Assembly: GCF_963921235.1 (NCBI RefSeq)
Contig: NC_086107.1
Location: 112,346,001 to 112,410,000, forward strand
DNA length: 64,000 nt
DNA from: Mobula hypostoma
Lineage: Eukaryota
Reading direction: 5' to 3'
The notes below the pieces were generated by a model. The model saw only the letters and a list, made by a program, of their open reading frames with translations. It ran no database searches and was not told where the DNA came from. Shown here in pieces: positions 49,780-60,815 of this stretch. The position numbers and the translations under genes are program-made. The first letter of the stretch is position 1. Every line of letters begins with the position of its first letter.

Positions 49780-50360
49780 TAAACACAAAAGATTCTGCGG
49801 ATGCTGGAAATCCAGACCAAAACACGGAAAATACTGGAGGAACTCAGCAGGTCAGGCAGCATCTATGGAAATGAATAAGTGGTTGGCGTTTCAGCCAAGA
49901 CCCTTCATCAGGAGATTTGAGAGTCAAATAGGTTTATAAAAAATATCAGTGGATAGTCTGTCTCCAGTGATGGAGACAGAGAGATCAAGAAAGGGGAGAG
50001 AGGTGTCCAAGATGGATCAAATAAATTTGAGGGCAGGGAGGAAATTGCAGGTCAGCATGGGTGCATGAAGAAGCACCAATGCATTTGTTAATGTAGCGCA
50101 GAAAGAGTTGGGGCTTGGAACATGGATTGTTCCACACAGCTGACAAAGAGACAGGCATAACTGGGGCCCATGAGTGTTTCCATGGGAACACCTTGGGTTT
50201 GGAAGAAATGGGAGGCGCCGAAAGAGAAATTGTTGAGGGTGAGGACCATTTCCACCAAATGGAGAAAGGTAATGGTGGTGACGAGCAGGTTCAGTCTGTC
50301 TAGAAAGAAGTGAAGAACTTTAAGGCCTTCCTGATAGGGGAATAGAAGTGCATCCACTGA
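49780..50360 (-). mobile_element. Internally deleted Penelope element (RT core piece joined to pLTR end)
   Basis: LTLNNFSFGASHFFQTQGVPMETLMGPSYACLFV (PLE RT); hammerhead remnant ctgatgaagggtcttggctgaaac. Confidence 0.8.
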
Positions 50361-51124
50361 TGAAGTGTGTATTCACTGTTATCATAACAATTACTTTGTA
50401 CAAAACTTGAACTACTTACGTAAGCAAATATTGTTTTCAGTAAACTGAGGATGGTTGATGTTCTCGTTGCCATTTGCGTGATTTGTTTTTTTTGTGCGTT
50501 GAGGAGGTTGATGTTTTTCTTTTGAATGGCTTTCATGGTTTTCTTTCTTCCGTGTCTGTCTGGAGGAGAAGAAACTCAGAGTTGTATACTGCCTAGGATG
50601 AACAAAAAAATGTGCAGAAGATGGAGAATAATTTTGGAAAAAATAAATTGTAGTAATATGCTTATCCTGGAAGATAGATTAGTTGCTGGGCAAAAGTAAC
50701 ATAAATTACATAAGCACTTTCTGTAATGCTTTAAAACATTTAAATCATGTCTGTTGAGACCATTACCTCAGTAATTTTCACTTATTATCTAATGAAAGTC
50801 TTCCGACATTCTACAGTACATAGCTCTAGACCAGGGATTAGTTTGGTTTACCGGGTCTGCTGGGAAAACAGATGATTTCTGCTCTGGGACTACCTGGACA
50901 CATGGGGTGGTGGGAGGGGTTGGGTAGGTAATCTACAATCTAGTTTGTCACCTGAAACACTTGAAAGTTTCTACAAATGTACCATGGAGAACATTCTGAC
51001 TGGCTGCCTCACTGTCTAGTATGGGGGGGGGTGTCTACTGGACAGGATCGTAGGAAGCTGCAGAAAGTTGTAAAATTAGTCATGGGCACTAGTCTCCATA
51101 GTATCCAAAAAACCTTTAAGGAGT

Positions 51125-51435
51125 TTATATATAGGCATCCGTTAGTCTTGTGAGACCATGGATTTGCGCCTTGGAAGGTTTCCAGGGCGCAGGCCTGGGC
51201 AAGGTTGTATGGAAGACCAGCAGTTGCCCATGTTGCAAGTCTCCCCTCTCCACGCCACCAATGTTGTCCAAGGGAAGGGCATTAGGACCCATACAGCTTG
51301 GCACCGGTGTCGTCGCAGAGCAATGTGTGGTTAAGTGCCTTGCTCAAGGACACAACACGTTGCCTCAGCCAAGTTTCAAACTAGTGAACTTCAGATCACT
51401 AGACGAACGCCTTAACCACTTGGCCATGCACCAAC
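51125..51435 (-). mobile_element. CORE-type SINE (family A) with 13-bp TSD
   Basis: Reverse complement matches 16700-16998; ACCTTTAAGGAGT at 51112-51124 and 51436-51448. Confidence 0.85.
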
Positions 51436-51709
51436 ACCTTTAAGGAGTACAGCCTCAGAAAAGTGGTTTTCATCATCATGTCCTCTAATCATTGCTACCA
51501 TCAGGAAGGAGGTGCAGAAGCCTGAAGGCACACACTCAGCGATTCAGGAACAGCTTCTTCCCCTCTGCTATCCATTTTCTGAATGGACATTGAAACCATG
51601 AACACTACCTCACTACTTTTTTTACAGTTCTGTTTTTGCACTACTTAACTTAACTATTCAGTATACATATATATACGAACTGTCATTCAGTTTCTTTTCT
51701 ATATTTATC

Positions 51710-51965
51710 ATGGTGGCATAGCGGCATCAGCGTCGGACTTCGGGACGAAAGGTCCCGAGTTCGAATCCAGCCGGCTCCCCTGCACACTTTCCATCCATGC
51801 TGAGTTACGAGCTGGTGATCTCTTTGGAAACTCACCTGGCAGAAGGCAGTGGCAAACCACTACTGTAACTTGCCTCGTACGCGGTTCCCCACTATGTCAG
51901 AGAGGCGTGGAGGGAAATCGTCCGCTAACCGGAGAAACACCAGAGACGACGTACCTTTCCTTTCC
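51710..51965 (+). mobile_element. tRNA-derived SINE (family B head, RTE-like tail)
   Basis: tggcatagcgg A box, gagttcgaatcc B box, gaaggcagtggcaaaccac, (CCTTT)n end. Confidence 0.75.
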
Positions 51966-52214
51966 TATTGCGTTGTACCGCTGCTGCTAAGTTAACAAAT
52001 TTCACAACATGCACTGGTGATATTAAACCTGATTCTGATTATGATTTGCTGCAAAATCTCAATATAGGTGGCCATCGATTTTGCTGTTGTTTAAGGGTTA
52101 AAAATGGAGTCTACACATTCTACCCTTGGAATGGGTGGGTTATCTCTGGGTCCTTAAGCTTCTTTCCACTGTCCAAAGGTGAATAGGTTAGTAGGTTAAT
52201 TGGCCATTGAAAGT

Positions 52215-52700
52215 TGTAAAGATGTAAATAAGGTTGAAAGAGTAGAGAGAACATTTACAAGGATGTTGCCGGGTCTGGAGGACCTGAGGAAAGATAGAAT
52301 AGGTTAGGACTTTATTCCTTGGAATGTAGAAGATTGAGAGGAGAATTGATAGAGATATACAAAATTATGAAGGGTATAGATAGAGTAAATGCAAACAGGC
52401 TTTTTCCACTGAGGTTGGGTTGGACTTCTATTCTAGGTCATAGGTTAAGGGCGAAAGGTGAAAATTTTGAGGAGAGCATGATGGGAGACTTCTTCATTCA
52501 GAGGGTCATGAGAGTGTGGATTGGGCTGCCAGCGCACGTGGATGGGAGCTCGATTTCAATGTTTAAGAGAAGTTTGGATAGGTACACGGATGGTAGGGGT
52601 ATGGTCCCAGTGCAGGCTGATGGGAGTAGGCAGGTTAAATGGCTCGGCATGGACAGGATGGGTTAAAAGGCCTGTTTCTGTGCTGTTCTTCTCTATCACT
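52215..52700 (+). mobile_element. CR1 3' fragment
   Basis: ORF 52319-52666: RRLRGELIEIYKIMKGIDRV. Confidence 0.85.
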
Positions 52701-52946
52701 CTCTGTCCCAATATTAATAATGGTAATAATAATGGCTCCGTCTGTCTGAGTAGACAATGGATGCACCCGGTTCCGGGGTGCAGACCTGGGCGATGAATAT
52801 GGAGATCCTGGGCTGCCCAGACATCAAGATCCCCCTCTCGGCCTCGCGGATGTGGTCCAAAGGAATGTGAAACAGTACATTTGGCATCAGCTTGGCTGCA
52901 GGAGCGGCCGGGAGGTGACGTGATTAGGGGCTCCACTCCGGATTTG

Positions 52947-53609
52947 TGTTAAGGGGTTAATAACCTTTTTCTAGTATGTGAATTCAAAGTCTATAATCAC
53001 TTATCTGCGACTAATGTACACTGTGTGATTGAAATGTGTGGGTAAAAATCTATGTCTGTGCTTCCTTGTTCTAAGAATCATCACATGTCTGCGCTTGGAA
53101 AGTCTGATATACTGTCCTTTCTTTTTAAATCTTTTTATTGAGTAAGTATACAAAAAAGGTAAGCCATATAAACATTAATACAATGTTAAAGTATAATAAA
53201 ATTCCAAAAGATAACAATACCAAAAAGAAAATACTACAAACAATGTAATTTAAGCATAAGAAACCAAGATAACATAATAGTATACTAGATTTTATATATT
53301 GGAAAGTCTGATATACTGTCCTGAGAACCAACACTTAGAAAATGTATACCTCTTAAGGACATATCGTCCAGCTTCGTTATTCTGTAGAATTGTAGTTTAG
53401 GTTCCTCCTTACAGCTTTGAGTGCTTCTTGTCATGTATGTTTGGGGTATAAATAAGAGTGTACTCTATTGTTAAGCAGAGTTCCAAGATCCCGCTTTTAG
53501 GTGCTTGGGCTCTCCATGATATCATGTAAATAAAATCCTTCAGTCTGAAACAACTCTCTGAGTCGGCCTGATCTATTCTGTCTGCTGCTCCTTAGATTTA
53601 TCTGCAACA
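52947..53609 (+). mobile_element. Probable solo LTR
   Basis: TGTT...AACA termini; TATAAAT at about 53446; AATAAA at about 53529. Confidence 0.65.
53119..53298 (-). mobile_element. L1/Tx1-like AT-rich 3' end with 24-bp TSD
   Basis: Reverse complement ends AATAAAAAGATTTAAAAAGAAA; TTGGAAAGTCTGATATACTGTCCT at 53095-53118 and 53299-53322. Confidence 0.75.
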
Positions 53610-54227
53610 GCGATGAATATGGAGATCCTGGGCTGCCCAGACATCAAGATCCCCCTCTCGGCCTTGCAGGTGTGGTCCAAAGGAATGCAAAGCAGTACAT
53701 TTGGCATCAGCTTGGCTGCAGGAGCGGCCGGGAGGTGACGTGATACGTCATCCAACCGCCTTAGGGGCTCCACTCCGGACTTGTGTGGGGTTTACTCCTC
53801 AGCCTTCTCTTCTCCCGAAGATACCCACAAGGCAGTGGGATATATGTCCCAATATTAGGCTTTCTTTAAATCGGGGTTTGCTGGATGATGTGGCTTGAAG
53901 GGCTGGAAGGGCCAATTCCACGCTGTAGGTGAAAATAAATAAATAAAATACAATAAAGCTATAAATTCAGGAAGAAACTGCAGAGATCTCCCCTGTTCTG
54001 ATTGGAAATTGTGTCCATGGGAACTTCTACGTCCATCCAAGACAGAGGAGCACTGATTCCAACACTTTGGCTGAAAGATGCCACCTTTGAGAGTGCTGAT
54101 CTGCGGAGAAAGTTTGTAACATTGACTTGTACAGTGGCTTAAACAAATCAATCGTGAGCTCTACCTCACAGTTTTTGCCTCTTTTTGCACAACTTATTAA
54201 TAGCTGGGGCAACAAGACTTTTGCACA

Positions 54228-54956
54228 TGTAAGGGGGTTTCATCTTTTATGTTACTATGTAGGCTAATTAAAATGGCTTCTTTGTTATGTTATACTTGGG
54301 AATAGAAACATAGAAACATAGAAACATAGAATGCTTCTTTGTTATGTTAAACGCTGAGAAAGTTTTGCGTTAGCAGCTTGTTGTGGGTTAGGGGGTGATA
54401 AGAGGATGTTATGAATCAATTGCGATAGTTGTTATGTTTTTGGTGTATCTGGAAGATTTGTATGCGCGGGGTTTTGAGGCAGAAGGCGGGAGAGAAAGAC
54501 AGAGCATGGACCAGGGGCTGTGATGTCCGCTAATGGGGTCGGACCCCGAGGAAGGCGTTCGGCGAGGAGAGGAGACGGAGACGGACTTGTGTGGAGCGTC
54601 TGGTCGACCACCGTTGTTGGTCCCAGGCGGCCGGTCGAGGTGGTCCGAGGGGTCTCGGCGTGAAGAAGAAGGGTCCTGAGCTCCAATTGTTTTGTGCACG
54701 AAGAGATTGTACTTTGATAAGTGTGGCACCTTTTATTTTCCTTTTATATTTTATTCTCTATTAATTATATAGTTTCAGTAATATCTATAAACTGTAAATC
54801 ATTTAATCATATCTGGTGTATTGTCTGTTACTTGGGCGGGGTGGGGTACATCACACAGCATCCACACAAACTAATTACCCAGTTTGGCGGGGCCAAGGGC
54901 TGTTTCCCTAGACAACAGCGAGCCAAGCGACCCTGAGGGTGGCCAGGGGGGCTACA
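54228..54956. mobile_element. Solo LTR (Gypsy-like) with 4-bp TSD CACA
   Basis: TGTA...TACA termini, CACA on both sides; empty site ttttgCACActactg in the paralogous segment near 57035. Confidence 0.85.
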
Positions 54957-55458
54957 CACACTACTGTATTTGTCAACATGGAGCAGAGAGCGAGTTGGTA
55001 AATCTGGCAGGAGCAAAGGATATTGGGAATGGCGAGGGTGGAGTGCTGAGAGAGGGGTGTGGGACAGGTGGCAGGGAAGGAGTGCCGGTGGGAGGAAACC
55101 AGAGAACCCGGAGGAAACCCCAGACAGTTCGGGGAGAACATACGGACTCCTTACAGCCCGTGGCGGGAATTGAATCCTGGTTAGCGTTGTGCTAACCACT
55201 ATGCTATCATGCTCTGGAATCCATGCTCACCCGTTCATTTCTCCCCCTCCCTCCTTTTACCCTCCATGTTCCTTTCTCTACCTCTCTTCCTCTTCTTTCC
55301 TTCTCTCTCTGTCTGCACCTCACTGCCTCAGAAAAGACCCCCACCCACTTTAGACGTTCTCTCTTCTCCCCTCTCCCATCGGGCAGAAGATACAAAAGCC
55401 TGGATTCACATAACAACAGGCTCATGGACAGCTACTACCCGCTGTTATCAGACCCATA

Positions 55459-55806
55459 TAACCATATAACCATATAACAATTACAGCACGGAAACAGGCC
55501 ATCTCGGCCCTTCTAGTCCATGCTGAATGCTTACTCTCACCTAGTCCCATCTACCTGCACTCAGCCCATAACCCTCCATTCCTTTCCTGTCCATATACCT
55601 ATCCAATTTTTTTAAATGACAAAATCGAACCTGCCTCTGCCTTTACCTCAATAAAAACAGGGTTGTCGTGGTGGGAGAATTTAATTCCCCCAATATTCAT
55701 TGGTGAGGGGTTTAGATGGGGTGGAGTTTGTTAAGTGTATTCAGGAAGGTTTCCTGACACAATATGTAAACAGGCCTACAAGGAGGCTGTACTTGGGAAA
55801 TGAACT
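55459..55806 (-). mobile_element. CR1 insertion with inverted 5' segment, TSD CATA
   Basis: 3' tail on - (55459-55640) plus endonuclease-coding piece on + (VVVVGEFN..VKCIQEGFLTQYVNRPTR); empty site near 57476. Confidence 0.75.
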
Positions 55807-57744
55807 CATAAGACTTTTGCACGGTACTGTAGTAATTTTATGTATTGCACTGCAAAAAAAGACATATTTCATGACATATATGAGTGATGATAAACCTGAT
55901 TCTGATGTGGCTCTCTATTGTGGACTGGGAGTGGGAAGGGGGCAGGGAGAGGGGAATCATGGTTGGGAAAAGGGGAAGGAAGAGGGGAGGGAGCAGGAAG
56001 CACCAGAGAGACATTCTGTAATGATCAATAAACCAATTTACGTTGAACTTTACGTGGGACTGCCTTAGGGACTCCAGCTCTGGATTTTGCTTCGGAGTTT
56101 AGTCAGGAAGCCTTCCCCATGAGTGGATACAGCCGCAAGGCAACAGAGGTTTGAGATCAGAGTTTTCCTTCTCCGAGATGAGCTGCCAACCACAGCTGAT
56201 GAGCCCTATCTGCCTGAAACAATTGGTTTTAAGGGACCAGTAACCCACCTTTGCCCTTCTCCTGTCAGTAGAAACGGTTCCTCCAGGCTTAGTAGCTAAG
56301 CCACACATGAAGGCCAGGAATCGGACTTGGTTGTCAGAGGCTATCTGAGACGCACACCATTGGGAGCATTTAGTTGGTAGTGGGAGCTTATCCCCATTAC
56401 TACCCAGGCTATGACAACCTTAAGTAACCTAAAGATCTTTACGTTTGTTTATAACTCAGATTCTAAAGGTGACCAAGCTACGTTTGGGTATACCGACCTT
56501 CAGCTTTCCTTGAAACACAGGCTATTAGTTCCAGAAATAGGCCCACACTGATTTAGATTCTTCAAGTTCTGATTTATATTGTGGCTGGTTTGCAGTCGGT
56601 TATCATGTTCAGGCTTTCTCTCGCACTGACACGTTCGGCTGGGCACTTCCCACAGCTCTGCATTTCACAGCGTTTCTACATTTCGTTTGTGTCTTCTCTC
56701 ATTAGCTCATCGTCATGGAAATAAAACCAGAAAATACCCAGTTCCAGTCTTTGTTTCTCTCTCCACAGAGGCTGCCTGACCTATCGACTATTTCCCACAT
56801 GTTGTTTGCCTTTATTTCAGATTTTGGATACTCCCTCACCAACGCCCACGATATGCCCTCTTCTCATTACCACCGTCAGGGAGGAGGTACAGGAGCCGAA
56901 AAGCACACACTCAGTGTTTTAGGAACAGCTTCTTCCCTTCCACCATCAGATTTCTGAACGGTCCATGAACTCTACCTCACAGTTTTTGCCTCTTTTTGCA
57001 CAACTTACTAATAGCTGGGGCACCTAAAACTTTTGCACACTACTGTATTTGTCAACGTGGAGCAGAGGGCGAGTTGGTAAATCTGGCGGGAGCAAAGGAT
57101 ATTGGGAATGGTGAGGGTGGAGTGCTGTGGGAGGGGTGAGGGACAGGTGGCAGAGAAGGAGTGCCAGGGGCAGGGGGTGGTGTGGGTGCAGACACCCCCA
57201 GCCCTGAGACACCGGGCAAGGTAATTTGATTCCAAACAATTGGTTTATTGGTCATTACAGAATGTCCCTCTGGTGCTTCCCGCTCCCTCCCCTCTCCCTT
57301 CCCCTTTTCCCAACCGTGATTCCTCTCTCCCTGTCCCCTTCCCACTCTCTGTCCACAATAGAGACCCATATCAGAATTAAAGTTTATCATCACTCACATA
57401 TGTCATGAAATATGTCTTTTTTGCAGCGGCAGAACAGTGCAATACATAAAATTACTACAGTACCATGCAAAAGTCTTATGGGTCTGATAGCAGCGGGTAG
57501 TAGCTGTCCATGAGCCTGTTGTTACGTGAATCCAGGCTTTTGTATCTTCTGCCCGAGGGGAGAGGGGAGAAGAGAGAACGTCTAAGGTGGGTGGGAGGGT
57601 CTTTGATTATACTGACTGCTTTTCTGAGGCGGCGAGGTGCAGACAGAGAGAGAAAGAGAGAAGAGGAAGAGAGGTAGAGAAAGGAACACGAAAGGGGTAA
57701 AAGGAGGGAGGGGGAGAAATGAATGGGTGAGCATGAATTCCAGA

Positions 57745-58005
57745 GCATGGTAGCATAGTGGTTAGCACAATGCTAACCGGGATTCAATTCCCGCCGCGGC
57801 CTGTAAGGAGTTCGTATGTTCTCCCCGAACTGTGTGGGTTTCCTCCGGGTGCTCCGGTTTCCTCCCACAGTCTAAAGACGTAGCAGACGGTGGGTGAATT
57901 GGTCATTGTAAATTGTCCCGTGATTAGGCTAGGGTTAAATCGGGGGATTATTAGGCAGAACAGCTCAAAAGGCTGGAAGGCCTACTCTGTGCTGCGTCTC
58001 AATAA
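57745..58005 (+). mobile_element. V-SINE
   Basis: A box tagcatagtgg, B-box-like gattcaattcc, V core and aataaa tail. Confidence 0.8.
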
Positions 58006-59369
58006 AAAAGCGCAGGTCATCCAGTCAGAAAGGTGGAGGTGGGGGGGGGCAGAAAATAAAAGGGTGAACACAGGATGTTCAGTTGGGAAAGGTGGGGGGG
58101 GTCATTTTCCTTGCTGGCAGTTTTGCACTTGGAGTCAAGGGTTTAAAGCGAGCAGATGGAGCGTTGTATTTTGACAGGAAAGCCCAAAGGGCAGGATGCT
58201 GAGCTGATCTGGCGATCTGCTACAGCTGCAGTCTTCGAGGCACGGCAACGTCCACAGGCGACCTGAGTAATGATGTTGTAATGATCCCGGCAGCTGTGTG
58301 GCATTTCAATGAGGCAGTGTCTCCGCGTTGCTGCAGTGCTGCTGCACTACATGACTGCACCAGTACTGTCGTCAAGGTGTGCTTCGCTGCAGATCATCCT
58401 CATGTTCCTCAGACAGTACCTGGAAATAAGTCTAGAGCACTTTATAAATCTGCAAGGACCTTTACCCAAGTCAGCCAGTCAAGGACAGAAAATTATTTAT
58501 CAAGTACTTTGGAAGACTGTAAGGGCCTTTATGAGTATCCTGGGGGCCTTTGCTGCAAGATGTGTTTACAAGCCTTTCTACGGACCACAGGTTAGACCGA
58601 CCTGCTGGTATTTATTTAAACATAAGATTTCAATCGATAGTTTAGCCAGCCAATTGAAAGCTCGGAGGAGCACCATGTGACTGCAGCAGATTTTGTGTCC
58701 AGCACCAAACCGTCCAATCAGAATAGGAGAAGTATGTCATGTGATTAGCTCAGTAATAACCATGCCGACGGTTCAAAAGCTGGACAATAATTCACTCAAA
58801 ACGAGAGGAGCAAAACACACAGAAAATGTTTCAGTCCATTTATTTCTTAATCTTTGATTGTTTTATTCTGCTGCGGCATGGAGTTAATGCACTCTGGGCC
58901 TCCCTCACTCCATGCTTTATTCAACTCTCATCCTAAACTTTGCTGGATGTGCCCCAGTCTGTGCCAGGTTCCATTCACCCATCAGCCCTGTACTCGCTGA
59001 CGCAGCATAACCTGTGACTAACTAATGCCTCAATGTTAAAATTATCATCCTTGTTTCCAGATCTTTCCACACTTCCTCCCTACTTCTGTACCTCCACCAG
59101 CCCTCTGTGATGTCTGCAACCCCCACCGCTAGTCCTCTCCATCATGGATTTCCATTGGCTGTGAAAACCCCTCTCTGCACATCTATCCCTCTCTTTCCAA
59201 CTTTATGTTTCCCATCCTTACACCCTGTCATGTGCTTCAGTACCAAAGTTAGCCTGATGACGTCTTATGTTACTGTAGACAAGGTTAGCCTAGTGTATCT
59301 TGTGCCAACCGTACTTTCACCTAAGCAAGAGGTTTCTGAGAGAGAAAGGGGTTAGGGTGAGGGATGGGG

Positions 59370-59780
59370 TGTGTGTGTGTGTGTGTGTGTGTGTAAAAGA
59401 GTGAGAAATACTAATCTCTCTTTCCATCAACCTATCTCTTTCTGCTTATCTCTGTCTCTGTCTCTCTATCTCTTTCTCTCTCTGTCTTTCTCTCTGTCTG
59501 TGTGTCAGTCTGTCAGTCTGTCAGTCTCTCTCTCTCTCTTTGTCTGTCTCTCTGTCACTCTGTCTATCTCTCTCACTCTCTCTGTTTCTGTCTCCCTCAC
59601 TCTCTCTCTCTGTCAGTCTCCCTTTCTGTCTCTCTCTCTCTTTGTCATTCTGTGTGTTTCTCTCTCTCTGCCTCTGAAATTTCTCTCTCTCTCTCTCTCT
59701 CTCTGTCAGTCTCCCTCTCTGTCTCTCTCTCTCTGTCATTCTGCCTGTTTCTCTCTCTCTGTCTGTCTCTGTCTCTCCCT
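59370..59780. repeat. (GT)n followed by a TC-rich microsatellite tract
   Basis: Directly visible. Confidence 0.95.
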
Positions 59781-60289
59781 CCCAATAAAGCAGCATCCAT
59801 TATCGAGGACCCCCGCATCCAGGCCATGCTCTCTTCTCACAGCTGCCACTGGGGTGGAGGTACAGGAGACTTGCAGCTAAAAGTACTTAATTGGCTTTGA
59901 AGTACTTTGGGATGTTCTAAGACTTCTTAAAAAATGGTCCCATAAAAATGCAGGGGTTGCTGGAGGTAATTATCTCACCTCGGAGTCTGTGGGTTTAAAT
60001 CCCACTCCAAGGACTCGATGTTAAAAATCTGGCCGGATGCCACCAACATACTGAAGCTCGTGGAGGCTTGCTGGGTGCAGATTGACCTCCGTGTTTCATG
60101 CATCATTTTGTCAGTAGCTGCACGTCAAAGATACTTTGACAGGACAGCCTGGGCATGTAGACACTATGCAGTACAGAGTAAATATATGGTCTTTGTTCAA
60201 TCTACAACAGGCTTCCAAGAGGATTGGGAGTCAGTCCTTTCATTGCGGCTTCTTAAAGGGGAATTGAGCACATCTGCACATTTATACTG

Positions 60290-60815
60290 CCAAAAGACAG
60301 CAGCATCCATTGTCAAGGCTGCTGTCACCGGGAAGGAGGGACAGGAGTCTTAGGTCCCACACTGCCAGTTTCAGGAACAGTTGTTATCTTTCAACCATCA
60401 GGCTCCTGAACCGGTGTCGATAACTTCACTCGCCTCAACTCTGAACTGATTCCACAACCTAAGGAACACACACAGTAGCCTGATAAAGGGTCTCAGCCCA
60501 AAACTTCGACTGTTCCTCCAGCATTTTGTGTGTGTTGCTTGGATTTCCAGCATCCGCTGATTTTCTCGTGTTTGTGACTCCACAACCAATGGACTCACAT
60601 TCAAGGACTCTACAACTCACATTCTCAATATTATTTATTATTTATTTGGAGGGTTTTTAAAAAATATTTACACAGTTTGTCTTGTTTTGCACATTGGTTG
60701 TTTGTCTATCTTTGTGTGTAGTTTTTCATTAATTCTATTGTGTTTCCTTGTATTTACTAAGCATGCCCACAACAAAATGAATCTCAGAGTTGGAAATGGT
60801 GACAGATATGCACTT
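60290..60815 (+). mobile_element. Rex/Babar 3' end with a small Penelope pLTR insert (about 60475-60575)
   Basis: gcagcatccattgtcaagg..ttcaggaacag..aatctcagagttg; insert cctgataaagggtctcagcccaaaac. Confidence 0.65.

Larger units (their letters stand above)
50950..52040 (+). mobile_element. Rex/Babar 3' end containing two SINE insertions
   Basis: Collinear with 9590-10120. Confidence 0.75.
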
